From Octopus sinensis (Eukaryota): 64,000 bases of DNA. A program made the translations under genes and the position numbers. Location of the stretch: positions 52,018,001 through 52,082,000 of the forward strand of contig NC_043002.1 in assembly GCF_006345805.1 (NCBI RefSeq), read 5' to 3'. The number at the start of each line of letters is the position of its first letter. Position 1 is the first letter of the stretch. Shown here piece by piece: positions 1-11,881 of the stretch. The notes beneath the pieces are model-generated. The model did not search any database. It saw only the letters and a list, made by a program, of their open reading frames with translations, and was not told the origin of the DNA.

Positions 1-696
1 TTGCATCAATAGAAAAACTTGATCTATTGATTTGTTCCAGCCAGGTATGAAATGTTTTGATACAGCCATTTTGATGCCACTGATATGACATCAATGATTT
101 GATGCTGACTTATTTGACATTAGACGTTATAATGTTTCTCTTGTTTTCCCTGCTCCCTCACTCTCTCTTTCTCTACTTCTATGTGTGAGTATCTAGTTAC
201 ATTTGTATGTATGTGTTAATGTCTTTCTCTCTTTCTCTGATTCTATCTGTCTGTCTCAACCTTTCTCTGCTTCTGTCTGCTTGTCTCTCTCTCCCCCCTC
301 TCTCTCTCTCACACACACACTCACTCTCTATATATGTATATTTCTGCATCTGCATGTACATGTGTGTGTGAGTGTTTACCTCCAGCGCCAAAATGTACCA
401 TCACCAAAAAAAGGTTGAATGTCCAATCAACTGTGCCCAAGTCGTCAGTGCCCAAATATCTATGCCCAGCTATCATATTCCAGCTCCAACCACATTATAA
501 GCAATTAGATCTGTTAATTCCCCTCCAGGTCCCCTTCTTAACTTCAGTTAAGTCTTTTTGTAGAAAAAAAAAAAAGATTGCCCAAAATCTGTTTTTTGAA
601 GAACTATCTTCAATCAATACCAAAATATTATCACAAAGATACCATTGCAAGTGAGACAGCATTGCACCTATCCCAACTCACACCTGGGATACTTAC

Positions 697-858
697 CAAC
701 ACATTTATGAAAGAGTGCTTTGTACAATTCCATCTCTGTCGCCAGCTCAGCAAGTCTGAAGTGTACCACTTGGTGGTCAAGAACAGACTTATCAAAGATT
801 TTCCGACCAGCTGTATACTCAATAGTTTGTTCAATTATTTTCTCCAGAGGCTTAATCA
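697..858 (-). CDS. Acyl-CoA dehydrogenase exon 7 (gene continues beyond the left edge)
   Basis: IKPLEKIIEQTIEYTAGRKIFDKSVLDHQVVHFRLAELATEMELYKALFHKCV, an R..F.....Q.V...LA motif. CAG/GTAAGT boundaries. The 7 exons give about 344 codons with no stop. Confidence 0.93.
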
Positions 859-961
859 CTGCAGACATAAAACAAAAAAAAAAAAAAACAAATGGTATGT
901 TAACTCAACTCTGAAAGAGAACAATTAAACATTGGTACATTATAAATCTTTAAACTATTTA

Positions 962-1556
962 CAGTAAAAGTTCTCAACTATTTTTTACTTAAGGACCCCT
1001 TTGATTCCATTTAACTTGGGTGAACCCCCATAATCATTTGATCTTTTAAAAATCCTATTATATTTTTATAATTACATATTATTAGGACTTGTATAAAAAT
1101 TGTTCACATATTTTGTTAAAATTGTTGAATTATTAAAATATTGTGGACATATAACCAATTTATTGCACATAAAATTAGGGTTAGGGTTAACAAAATCTTA
1201 TATGGACTGCCAAGGGTCATGTGGACTTTAGTTGGGAACCACTAGACCAGGGGTTCTCAACCGTTTTTTATCTATGGGTCCCTTTGATTAATATTTTTAT
1301 AGATACTTCTTTCAAAATTCCATTTTTTTTTTTCAAACATTCACCTGTGTAGGTTGAACTAAGTAAAATGTTAGAGAAAGAAACCTGTTTCTTACAATAT
1401 ATACCAATACACACATGTAGAGCAAAATTTTTTTTTCTGGGGCCCTTAAAATACTATTGTGAATCTCCAACTTACTATGTTGTTATACAGAATGCCCCCC
1501 ACCAAAATCTTATATGGACCCTCAGGAGCTATATGGACCCCATTTCAGAACCACTG
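962..1556. mobile_element. Two adjacent hAT(Charlie)-like MITE copies (962-1244, 1248-1556); third copy at 47747-48072
   Basis: CAG(G/T)GGTTCTCAA...GAACCACT(G/A) termini and shared internal sequence (GG.CCCTTTGATT..., AAAATCTTATATGGAC). Confidence 0.6.
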
Positions 1557-2274
1557 GTTGACAGTTTTAACTATGTTAGCGATTTCATAGAGGAATCAGA
1601 TACGGCTAGATTTGGCTGGTTCAAACAAATAAAGGGGAATAATTTTCCGCAAGTTTTGGCCAGTCTAAACACTAATGGGTTAAACACTGTTATTCTCATA
1701 ACTTGCTTAAAATCAAAGTTCAAGACAGCGACAAGATAGCAGAATTGTTAGAATGTTAGGCATTTGTCTTTATGTTCTGAATTCAAAATTCCACTGAGGT
1801 CAACTTTGCCAGTCATCATTTCAGGGTTGATAAAATAAGTACCAGTTGAGTACTGGGTCAAAGTAATTGACTTATCTAAGCCCTGCGAGCTTGTTGGTCT
1901 TGTACCAAAATTTGAAACCAATATCAAAATTCAAGTTATTCCTTCTTTGGGCACCTGAAAACAAAAGTTTCACAGAAAGTAGTTCTAGATAGAAATGTCA
2001 CAAGAGAACCATGTCAGCAAATGTCTTCACAAACTAGGCTTTGTTGACCAATTCATATCCTTAACAGTACTGTAAGACATAGAGAACCAATCAAAGGTTG
2101 GTTTTGCTGCAGGGATTATTGCAAGAAACTGAAAAAAAAACTAAATCTTCAGAAGCTGAAAGCAATAAACTTGTCCCATAAAATTGAAATATTCTCTCAC
2201 TTAAAACATTATAAAAAATTTTAAAAATTATGAAAGGAAAGTTTTAGAAAATAAACAAGGAATGGAAAACTCAC

Positions 2275-2448
2275 TTCCTGCAGCACCCCACATCCTCTCT
2301 TCCTGGAATTGTAACATCTGATACAAGAATCCTTTGCCTTCCTCTCCAATAATGTAGCTCTTGGGAACCCTGACATCTTCCATGAAGATCTGACCTGTAT
2401 CTGAAGACTTCATTCCAATTTTGCTGATTTTTTTGGTCACATGAACGC
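2275..2448 (-). CDS. Acyl-CoA dehydrogenase exon 6
   Basis: VHVTKKISKIGMKSSDTGQIFMEDVRVPKSYIIGEEGKGFLYQMLQFQEERMWGAAG, containing K.G...SDT and the QEER helix G. TAG/GTGAGT boundaries. Confidence 0.95.
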
Positions 2449-5316
2449 CTAAAATTATAATTATCAATCATCATTTCTGACTGGCCTGGTGCAGCCTTCG
2501 GGCTCCCCAGACCCCAGTTGAACCGTCCAACCCATGCTAGCATGGAAAGCGGACGTTAAATGATGATGATGATCATCATCATCATTGCTTTTGTTTCTCT
2601 ACCTTAGTTGAGATTAACTCCCTTTAGTATTGCTTCTTTCTAATACAGTTATGGGCAAAGTGTACCCTGCAGGACTTCCTTAATAGCACGCCAATGAAAA
2701 ATTACCTCAATTTCCTTCTAGTAACGCAGCGCAGCCCGCCCAGTGATGAGCCATGTCTCAAGCGGCGCACTTCCCCAAAAAGGTTGCCTATGCTTGCACT
2801 GATATCACGATTATATAGTTTCAGTGCAAAGAGTACTTCTCTCTCTATCCTCACCTTCCTTGCAGTCTCTCGATCTGCTAGAAATAGCAGCCAAATCTCC
2901 TTCAAACTTATATTTAACGTATTAAAATTGGATGACTATACTGGATAACTGAGTTTTACAAATAACAAACTAGATAAAAAGAACATATATAGTCACAGTT
3001 GGTATGCCATCTGAAAATCTTTCACCCTTTTGTTACCGCCGTTCTCCATCTCCCGTTTTTTAGATACAAAACCAGACATTTATAAGAAGAAATATGATGG
3101 TGTGGCGTTAATGCCTTACTGAATGGCATTGGCAATGTAAGTCACGTGAAACTGCCTTCAACAAGTCAAAAACAGACTCATGCACTCGTCGCAGTTGTAA
3201 TTACAACGTACAATGTACGGACGTCTCCGCTTTTGCAGTCACTAACAAGAAAGATAACTCTATTTGGTAAAGTCAAGAGTATTCTCCCTTTGTTACTTTA
3301 CAGCAATTATATTTCGTTTTTTTTTTTTTCTGTATACGTATTTCGATTAAATGAGAATCTTTCTGTATTAACTCTACTTGCAAGAAAAGTAGTCAAATAT
3401 TCCTCAAACTGTATCAAAATTATGGGATAGTCATGACAAATACCTTTGACTCTAGAACTACACGATCAGGACTAATCAGGGCCGTAAAAGCAATTAAAAC
3501 AAATTCTAATCCATTCTATAACACTCTGAAAAAAAGGTTTCTATGGCTGAATGCCTTTCCTAATACCAAATTATTATTATTATTATTATTAAGGCGACAA
3601 GCTGGAAGTATTGTTAGCACGATGGATGAAATGCTTAGCGGTATTTCACCCATTGCTACATTCTGGGTTCAAATTCCACTGAGGTCGACCTTACCTTTCA
3701 TCTTTTCATGATTGTAAATTAAGTACCAGCTGAGTATTAGAGTCAATATAATCGACTATCCTACACCCCCAAATTTCAGGTCTTGTGCCTATAGGAGAAA
3801 GTATCGTTATTATTATTAAGGTGGCTAGCTCGCAGAATTGTTAGCACACTGTACGAAATGCTTAGCAGTATTTTGCTCATCGCTACATTCTGAGTTCAAA
3901 TTCTGCTGAGGTCGACTTTGCCTTTCATCCTTTTGAGGTCGATGAAATAAGTTATGCACCGGGGTCAATGCAATCGACTAGCCCACTCTCCCAAAATTAC
4001 AGGCCTTGAGCCAATTGTTGAAAGGATTATCATTATTTTTATGGAAGGCGACAAGCTGGCAGAATCGTTGGTCCCTGAATAAGATTTGCTTAAGGATGAT
4101 GAATGAAACGCCTATGTTTCCAGAAGTTAATTATTTGCACTCCAAAGAATTCCTCTCAACACACAGCTATGATGCGATCGGAGATGCACAAATCATTAGC
4201 CACTAAGAAACATGCTCAACTTAAGGTCAAACAACTGACAAGCAAATCTGTGGAACTGAGCAGAATATTTTTCTGTAGACCATCTTTTTATACCAAGACA
4301 AACATTTAAATGATAATACTTCCAATCAGTTAACATCAGAAGACATGAGAGCCAGTGCCTGGTACTGCATCAGGGCATTTATTACCCTGCACTCATAAGC
4401 AAAAGCAGGGTATTGTAATCACTCATCTTTGTTTGATTGTGTGTTTGCAAAATTACTGGAAAAGAGCTGAATGAATTTTCACCACATTTGGCAGAAATAC
4501 TCATTGGGTTAGTGGATCGAAATGATGAACATCTGGTTTGACTATCTTTAAAAAAAAAATTTCTTTTAATTTTTAAAAAACCAAACTTACAAATTTTCCA
4601 ATAAGGGAGTGGTCATATCATTTTGTTCACTTTCTTTTTCATATGAATCAACCCTTGTCTGCCTATGTATAGACCAAGGTGTACTTATACGCATGGACAT
4701 GTGCATACATACATATATACATAGATATACAACTCTGTGTGTGTGTGTTGTGTGTGTGTGTGCATGTACATGCATGCATGTGTATGCATGCATGGATTTG
4801 AGCATTTCATTTATTTACAAGTTGATTTCTTAATTTCACTGGAGTATAAATACCTAAAATGGTGATACTTAAAAAAAAAAAATTAATTCAGTTCAGTTAA
4901 AAAGCATGGGTAAGCAACACATTGTAAGCCACACCATAATTTGCAAAAAAGTTTATGTGTGTGCAGGGTATGCATCACCCCCTCCAATGCCTTTTTTTTC
5001 CATTATTATTATTAAGGCAGTAAGCTGGCAGAATCATGAACACACCAGACAAAATGCTTTGCAGCATTTCCTCTGGTTTTACGCTCAAAGTTAAAATTCT
5101 ATCAAGATTGCCTTTCGTTTCATCCTTTCAGAATTGATAAAATAAGTACCAGTAGAGTACTAGAGTCAAGTAGCTCTTTTCCCAAAATTTTAGGCCTTGT
5201 GCCAATAGTAGAAAGAATTTATATTCAGCAGTAGCTTCCATTTGAAAATTTTGGAAAATACAAAAACAAAAATAAAAAATCAAGAGAAATAAACAAAAAG
5301 TGAAGTGGAATCTCAC

Positions 5317-5484
5317 CTGGTAAATTCATTGGCATACAGATGAGACTCTTGTTCTTGTGAGAAGGTCCACCAGATGTATTGGCTAGCAAACACATCCAGT
5401 CTGCTTGGCAACCATTTGTTATCCACATCTTCTGACCATTGATTATAAGGTCATCTCCTTTTGTTACAGCCTTTGTTTGAATAC
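5317..5484 (-). CDS. Acyl-CoA dehydrogenase exon 5
   Basis: [36 protein letters not shown]... containing the NG.KMWITNG motif. CAG/GTGAG boundaries. Confidence 0.95.
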
Positions 5485-5963
5485 CTGAAAGTAGACTTTT
5501 AGTTTTACAAGATGCCAAAACTCAAAGGGAAATATCAAATATATATTACATTGGGCTGACTAATTCTTACTAAATTCTTCCTTCAGAATATTTTGTGGTT
5601 AAGAACAAGAAATATTTTAGCAAATATTGATACTTTCTTAATTAACATACACTCAAACGCACCAACTAACACATGCACACACACACACACACACACTATA
5701 CCAAAATGTGCATCTCTTAATAGAGTAGCTCATCTTGCAACACTGCTAAAGACCATGTCTTCTTAAACACCACCATTGCTACTACCTATATTTGCTGTTC
5801 ATTATTCTATAAGTAAAAATAGTTGAATGACATCAAAATAAAGTTTCTTTCTTCTACATTCCCCTATCAATCCAACATCAATGTTGAACCCTATTACATC
5901 ATAGTTAACATTATTATACACTTTCAGGTGTGTGTGTGTGAATAGATAGATATACATATATAT

Positions 5964-6017
<54 letters not shown>

Positions 6018-6811
6018 TCATTATCATCATCCTTTAATGTCCATTTTCCATGCTGGTATGGGTTGCATAGTTTGACCTGATTTGGCAAGCCAGAGAGCTG
6101 CACCGGGTTCCAGTCTGATATTTGGCTTGGTTTCAATGGCCAAATACCCTTCCTAATGCCAACCACTTTACAGTGTGTGCCAAGTGCTTTTAACATGAAA
6201 CCAGCATGAGCATTTTTGCATGGCACTAGCATAGGTGATTTTTATGTGGCACCAGCACAGGACTCTTCTGGATTCAAATTCCACCAAGGTCGACTTTGCA
6301 TTTCACCCCTTTTGAGGGTCAATGATATAAGTACCAGTTGAGAACTGGGTGGGGGCCGATGTAAGTTGATTACTCCCTACCCTGAAATTGCTGGCCTTGT
6401 GCCAATATTTCAAACTAATATCAATGTAGTTAAGTCATTTTCATTAGTTTACAGAATATACCATCTGGTATGACCTGTTGTTCAGCATAATAGCATTGGC
6501 CAGTAAAACTTACCCTGTAATGAGCAATAATAGAAGAGATGGGAGGGGAATATGTCCATAAATCCTCTCGTGAGAAGCCTAGTGTATATACCATCAAGGC
6601 TATCTTGAAGCTTCTTCTTCACAGTACATGTTTCAACTCCATGGAGAAGCATGCGCTCTACAGATGCCCTAAAGAAGGCAGGCCTTGTTTACTTTGAAAT
6701 ACTTGATTGCCAGATGTTTTGAAGTTTTTTTGCAGATATTCCAGGCTAATCAGATGATGATGCCAAGATGAATTCTTTGCCCTTACTATCTTAATTATCT
6801 CCATTTACTCC

Positions 6812-6873
<62 letters not shown>

Positions 6874-6908
6874 TAAACAAACAAATAGTGACATAGTTTA
6901 GTACTTAC

Positions 6909-7015
6909 TAGCAACATCTGATCCAGCTCCCACTTCACTGACCCCAATACAAGCCACATAGTCTCCAGCTATAGTTGGAGCCAAGAACGTTTCCTTCAGT
7001 TTATTACTGCCAAAT
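6909..7015 (-). CDS. Acyl-CoA dehydrogenase exon 4
   Basis: FGSNKLKETFLAPTIAGDYVACIGVSEVGAGSDVA, containing the SE..AGSD FAD-binding signature. CAG/GTAAGT boundaries. Confidence 0.95.
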
Positions 7016-7108
7016 CTGAAAATGCACAATTCACATTAAATTACATTTAATCTTGGAACCTCAAGTTTATAAAGTAAGATCAAATAAAGAAATCAAATGC
7101 TTTTCAAA

Positions 7109-9515
7109 ATACAACCCAATGACTGGTGTAGTAGCATAATAGTCAATTGCTACAAAGATAAAGGTGACGCCCTAGATACAAGTAATTACAGAGGTATCAA
7201 GCTGTTGGATCAGGTAATGAAGGTTACGGAAAGGGTCATAGCCCAACTGATTAGAGAGAGAGTCAACCTGGATGAGATGCAGTTTGGTTTCGTGCCAGGG
7301 AAAAGCACCACCGATGCCATATTTCTGGTGAGACAGCTGCAGGAGAATTACCTAACCAAAGATAAAACTCTGTACCTGGCTTTCGTTGACTTGAAGAAAG
7401 CCTTTGACAGGGTCCCCCGTTCCCTTATCTGGTGATCAATGAGGAAACTAGGGATAGATGAATGGTTAGTGAGAGCTGTGCGTGCCATGTACAGGGACGC
7501 TGTTAGTAAGGTGAGGGTTGGCAACGAGTACAGTGAAGAATTCCGGGTGGAGGTTGGGGTCCACCAAGGCTCAGTCCTCAGCCCCCTCCTATTTATCATA
7601 GTCCTCCAGGCAATAACGGAGGAATTCAAGACAGGATGCCCCTGGGAACTCCTCTATGCTGATGACCTTGCTCTAATTGCTGAATCACTATCAGAACTCG
7701 AGGAGAAGTTTCAGGTGTGGAAGCAAGGATTAGAATCGAAGGGCCTTAGAGTCAATCTAGCTAAAACCAAAGTCCTAATAAGTAGGAAGGTAGACAAATC
7801 CCAAACGCCCTCAGGTAGATGGCCCTGCTCGATCTGTAGAAAAGGCGTAGGTAGGAACTCTATAAGATGCACCAAGTGTAAGCTATGGACACATAAGAGG
7901 TGCAGCAATGTCAAAGGAAGGCTAACTCGGAATATAGTTTTTGTATGTGGCAGATGCTCTGGTGCAATAAACACTGAAAATGCGCAGAGACCATCTTCCG
8001 CCACATTCCAGGGAGAAAAACTAGAAATAGTTGATAGTTTCCCTTACCTAGGTGATCAAGTCAGTAGCAGGTGGGGGGGCGAAAGTGTAACTGCTCGAGT
8101 AAGAATAGCCTGGACAAAGTTCAGAGAGCTCTTACCTCTGCTGGTGACGAAAGGCCTCTCACTCAGAGGAAAAGGCAGACTGTATGACATGACGCATGTA
8201 TACTAACAGCCATGCTACATGGCAGTGAAACATGGGCCATGACTGCTGAGGATATGTGTAAGCTCACAAGAAATGAAGTCAGTATGCTCCGATGGATGTG
8301 TAATGTCAGTGTTCATACCCGAAAGAGTGTAAGTGCCTTGAGAGAAAAGTTGGACCTAAGAAGCATCAGATGTGGTGTGCAAGAGAGACGTCTACGCTGG
8401 TATGGACACGTGGTAAGAATGGATGAAGATAGTTGTGTGAAAAAGTGCCACACCCTAGCGGTTGAGGGAACCTGTGGAAGAGGTAGACCCAGGAAAACCT
8501 GGGATGAGGTGGTGAAACACGACCTTCGCTCTTTAGGTCTCACCAAGGAAATGACCAGAGACCGAGACCATTGGAAGTATGCTGTGCGTGAGAAGACCCA
8601 GCAGGACAAGTGAGGCCACAACCCGTGGCCCCTACCTCGGATGTAGTCAGTCCACCTGTGCATACCTTTCTTCTTGGGACACATAACTCTACTTGTGAAA
8701 ACCTGTTGAGGCAAGTGAAAATCAAAGAATCAAATCAAAATCGAAATCGATCAACATCAATGGAATTTGTAGTTTGTGGTACTAGTGCCAGTGGCACATA
8801 AGAGAACCATCTGAACGTGGCCGTAGCCAGCACCGCATCGACTGGACTCCGTGCTGGTGACACGTAACAAACACCATACGATCGTGGCCGTGCCAGCCTC
8901 GCCTGGCCTCCGTGCCAGTGGCATGTAAAAAACACCATCCGAGCGTGGCCATTCACCAGCCTCATCTAGCAAGACTAGTGAAGCCATAACCCGTGGCCCC
9001 TACCTGGGACGTAGTCAGTCCACCTGTGCATACCTTCCTTCTTGTGACACTTGTGAAGACCTGTTGAGGCAAGTGAAAATCAAATCAAATCAAATCAAAC
9101 CAAATCAAAATAGATGAACATCAATGGAATTTATATCCTTGTGGTACCAGTGCCGGTGGCACATAAGAAAACCATCCGAACGTGACCATAGCCAGTACCG
9201 CATCGACTGGCTTCCGTGCTGTGGGCACGTAACAAACACCATCCGATCGTGGCCGTTCGCCAGCCTCGTCTGGCACCTGTGTCGGTGGCACATAAGAAAA
9301 CACCATCCGAGCGTGGCCGTCTGCCAGCCTCGTCTGGCACCTGTGTCGGTGGCACATAAAATCACCCACTACACTCTCGGAGTGGTTGGCGTTAGGAAGG
9401 GCATCCAGCTGTAGAAACACTGCCAGATCTGACTGGCCTGGTGCAGCCTTCGGGCTTGCCAGACCCCAGTTGAACTGTCCAACCCATGCGGACGTTAAAC
9501 GATGATGATGATGAT
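7109..9515 (+). mobile_element. 5'-truncated RTE-clade LINE (inactivated RT ORF with PHD finger), antisense in acyl-CoA dehydrogenase intron 3
   Basis: NYRGIKLL, QFGF.PG.ST.DAIF, AFVDL.KAFDRV, GVHQGSVLSPLLF, LLYADDL, F.YLG, GRPRKTW motifs. In-frame TGA at 7433-35 and a frameshift near 8190-8210. Repetitive 3'UTR ends in (GAT)n. Confidence 0.95.
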
Positions 9516-9664
9516 ACTGTCACACTTTGGCACTTTCTACTTCGTGATGACACAGATATATATAATATCAGATTTTACATCACTTTTTATAATGAGTATT
9601 TCAGTTGTCCAGTCAATGAAACTATTAATCAGTTAATTGTATTATAGTGTATATGACCAAATAT

Positions 9665-9899
9665 CTTATTTCTTTATTGCCCACAAGGGGCTAAACATAG
9701 ATGGGACTAACAAGGACAGACAAAGGGATTAAGTCGATTACATCAACCCCAGTGTGTAACTGGCACTTAATTGATCGACCCCAAAAGGATGAAATGCAAA
9801 GTCGACCACGGCAGAATTTGAACTCAGAATGTCGCAACGGATGAAATACCGCTAAGCGTTTCGCCCGGCGTGCTAACGTTTCTGCCAGCTCACCGCCTT
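9665..9899 (-). mobile_element. tRNA-derived SINE family A, well-preserved copy (further copies e.g. 3590-3800, 3820-4030, 5010-5230, 13668-13901, 35590-35810, 51232-51445)
   Basis: GGCGGTGAGCTGGCAGAAACGTTAGC (A-box-like), GAGTTCAAATTC (B-box-like), conserved CTTTCATCCTTT.GGGGTCGAT core and GCAATAAAGAAATAAG tail. Confidence 0.85.
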
Positions 9900-11751
9900 T
9901 AACATTTCTTATTTCTTTATTGCCCTCATTTTTGGTCATTTATATGACCAAATATCTAAAGTGTGAGAGTTGTGTGATAAGACTGGCTCTTTGAACTACA
10001 AGTTTAGTCTGTCAAACTATAGCATCCACAGTTTTTTTTTGTCAACTCATTTTCATTCACAAATTTTGGGTTGATTTGAACCTGAAGACATGTATTAATC
10101 TCAGTGGCAGACTATCAGAAGCAACAACAACTGAGAGACAGGACCATTCTAGCACAGCCAAATTAGGAAAGATGTTATAATACATGTGCAGCCCAGGATA
10201 AGACAAACTGGGATGAAGAAGGAGCTATGGAAGCCCAGACCTGCCAGTGAATTAACAGCAAGTTCTCACCTTACTTGTCCAGCAAGCAACAAAATATTTC
10301 ATGTCTATATTAGACCTGACATACTCTCTCACTCCCTGGACCCATGACTGAAGTCACGCTCAGCAACCCATGAAAATGATGAACACAAGATGAAAGAAGA
10401 AATGTTTGGTATGGAGTGTAATGAATATAAGATGATATATGATATATATATTAGAGGATATATTGGAGGATGCATTCTGGGTTATAAGATGCTGTGAGAT
10501 CAAAGTAGCAAGAGAGTATATTACAAAGAGATAATAGAGGGGAAGTATAGTATGTAGTGTGTCTTTTAACATGTTAGCCTTTTGTTTAATATAGAAGACC
10601 TCACTTTTACATCCAGCCCATATTCTGCTGGTAACAGTACAAAATTTATTGATGATGATGATGATAAAAAAAGCAATGATGATGTGCTTATAATGATGAT
10701 GTTGATGACGATGATGATGATGATGATATCAACCAGCATGGCTGTCTGGTTAAGAAGCTTGCTTTCCAACAATGTGGTTTGGGGTTCAATCCCAGTGTTG
10801 CACCTTGGGTAAGTGCCTTGTACTATATAGCCCTAGGCAGACGAACCAAAGTCTTGAGAGTGAATTTGGAAAATGGAAACTGAAAGAAGCCTGTCATGTG
10901 CCTATGTGTTTGTGTCTTGACATTATGTGTTTGTTGTAAATGAGTATCACCGTCATACAAGTGATGTTGTTTGATTCCAATCTTCAAGAAAAGAAAATGT
11001 TTAACTATAAGGAAATATTATCTTGCTTGGAAACAGGTGAGCACTGGCAACAAAAAGAGCATCAAGCTATAGAAAATCTGCCTCAACAAATTCTGCTAGC
11101 ACAGAAAAGTGAACGTAAAATGATGATGATGATCACAATGCCAATAACAGTAATGACAATGAAAATTTTAAGAATAATACTAATAATGAAGGCAGTAACA
11201 AGGAACATTATTATTATTATTATCATTAAAAAATTTTTTTTCCTTCTTTCTTCAAATTTTCTTCAGGGCAGAAAAGCTCATTGTATGCATTCCCAGATTA
11301 CACACACAAATTCACAGGTAAAATATGTATTTAAAAAATTAATAAATAAATAAATTCATGAATGGATGTTGTTTTCACAGCGATAATGCTTTTCTCGTTA
11401 ACACGATTTTTTGCACTTCCTGTAGGGATAGTAAGCTTGGTATCATTTTCAAATAAGTTTCAGTACCTTTTTTTTTATCATTCCTAGAGATCCTACAATC
11501 ACTGGTACTGTAGTCGCCTTGAGATGCCACATTTTTTCAATTTCTATTAGCAAGTCTTTATATTTACTGATTTTGTCAAATTCTTTCGCTGCTATATTGT
11601 GATCGCAAGGAATACTCATGTCAATTAATAAACACATCCTTTTTTTTTTCATAAACACATCCTTCTTATATCTTATAACTATTATTATAATTATTATTAT
11701 TATTACTATTATTATTATTACTATTGCCAATAAAAAAGTAAAAGAACATAC

Positions 11752-11881
11752 TTGGCAAGAGCAGGAGTACTCATGTCGGTTTGTACACCAATAGCCATTG
11801 GAATGGAACCACAGTTGATGTTTCCAAGTTCTTCAGCCACAGCCATTGAGTAGGAGAAATCAAGACCAAGTCCACCATATT
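11752..11881 (-). CDS. Acyl-CoA dehydrogenase exon 3
   Basis: (E)YGGLGLDFSYSMAVAEELGNINCGSIPMAIGVQTDMSTPALA. AG/GTATGT boundaries, phases 1 and 2 consistent. EYGG.G motif. Confidence 0.93.

Noticed and set aside
7658-7664. CTGATGA (also at about 53611) resembling a hammerhead core
   Set aside because: It is the coding sequence of the RT YADD motif, with no GAAA or stems at the right spacing.
8240-8285. CTGAGGA...GAAA within the RTE ORF
   Set aside because: No stem I pairing across a UH site, and stem III is absent. Coincidental coding sequence.
8760-9360. Regularly spaced ~60-nt repeats superficially like a CRISPR array
   Set aside because: Eukaryotic context, no unique spacers and no cas genes. 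The repeats are part of the RTE 3'UTR.
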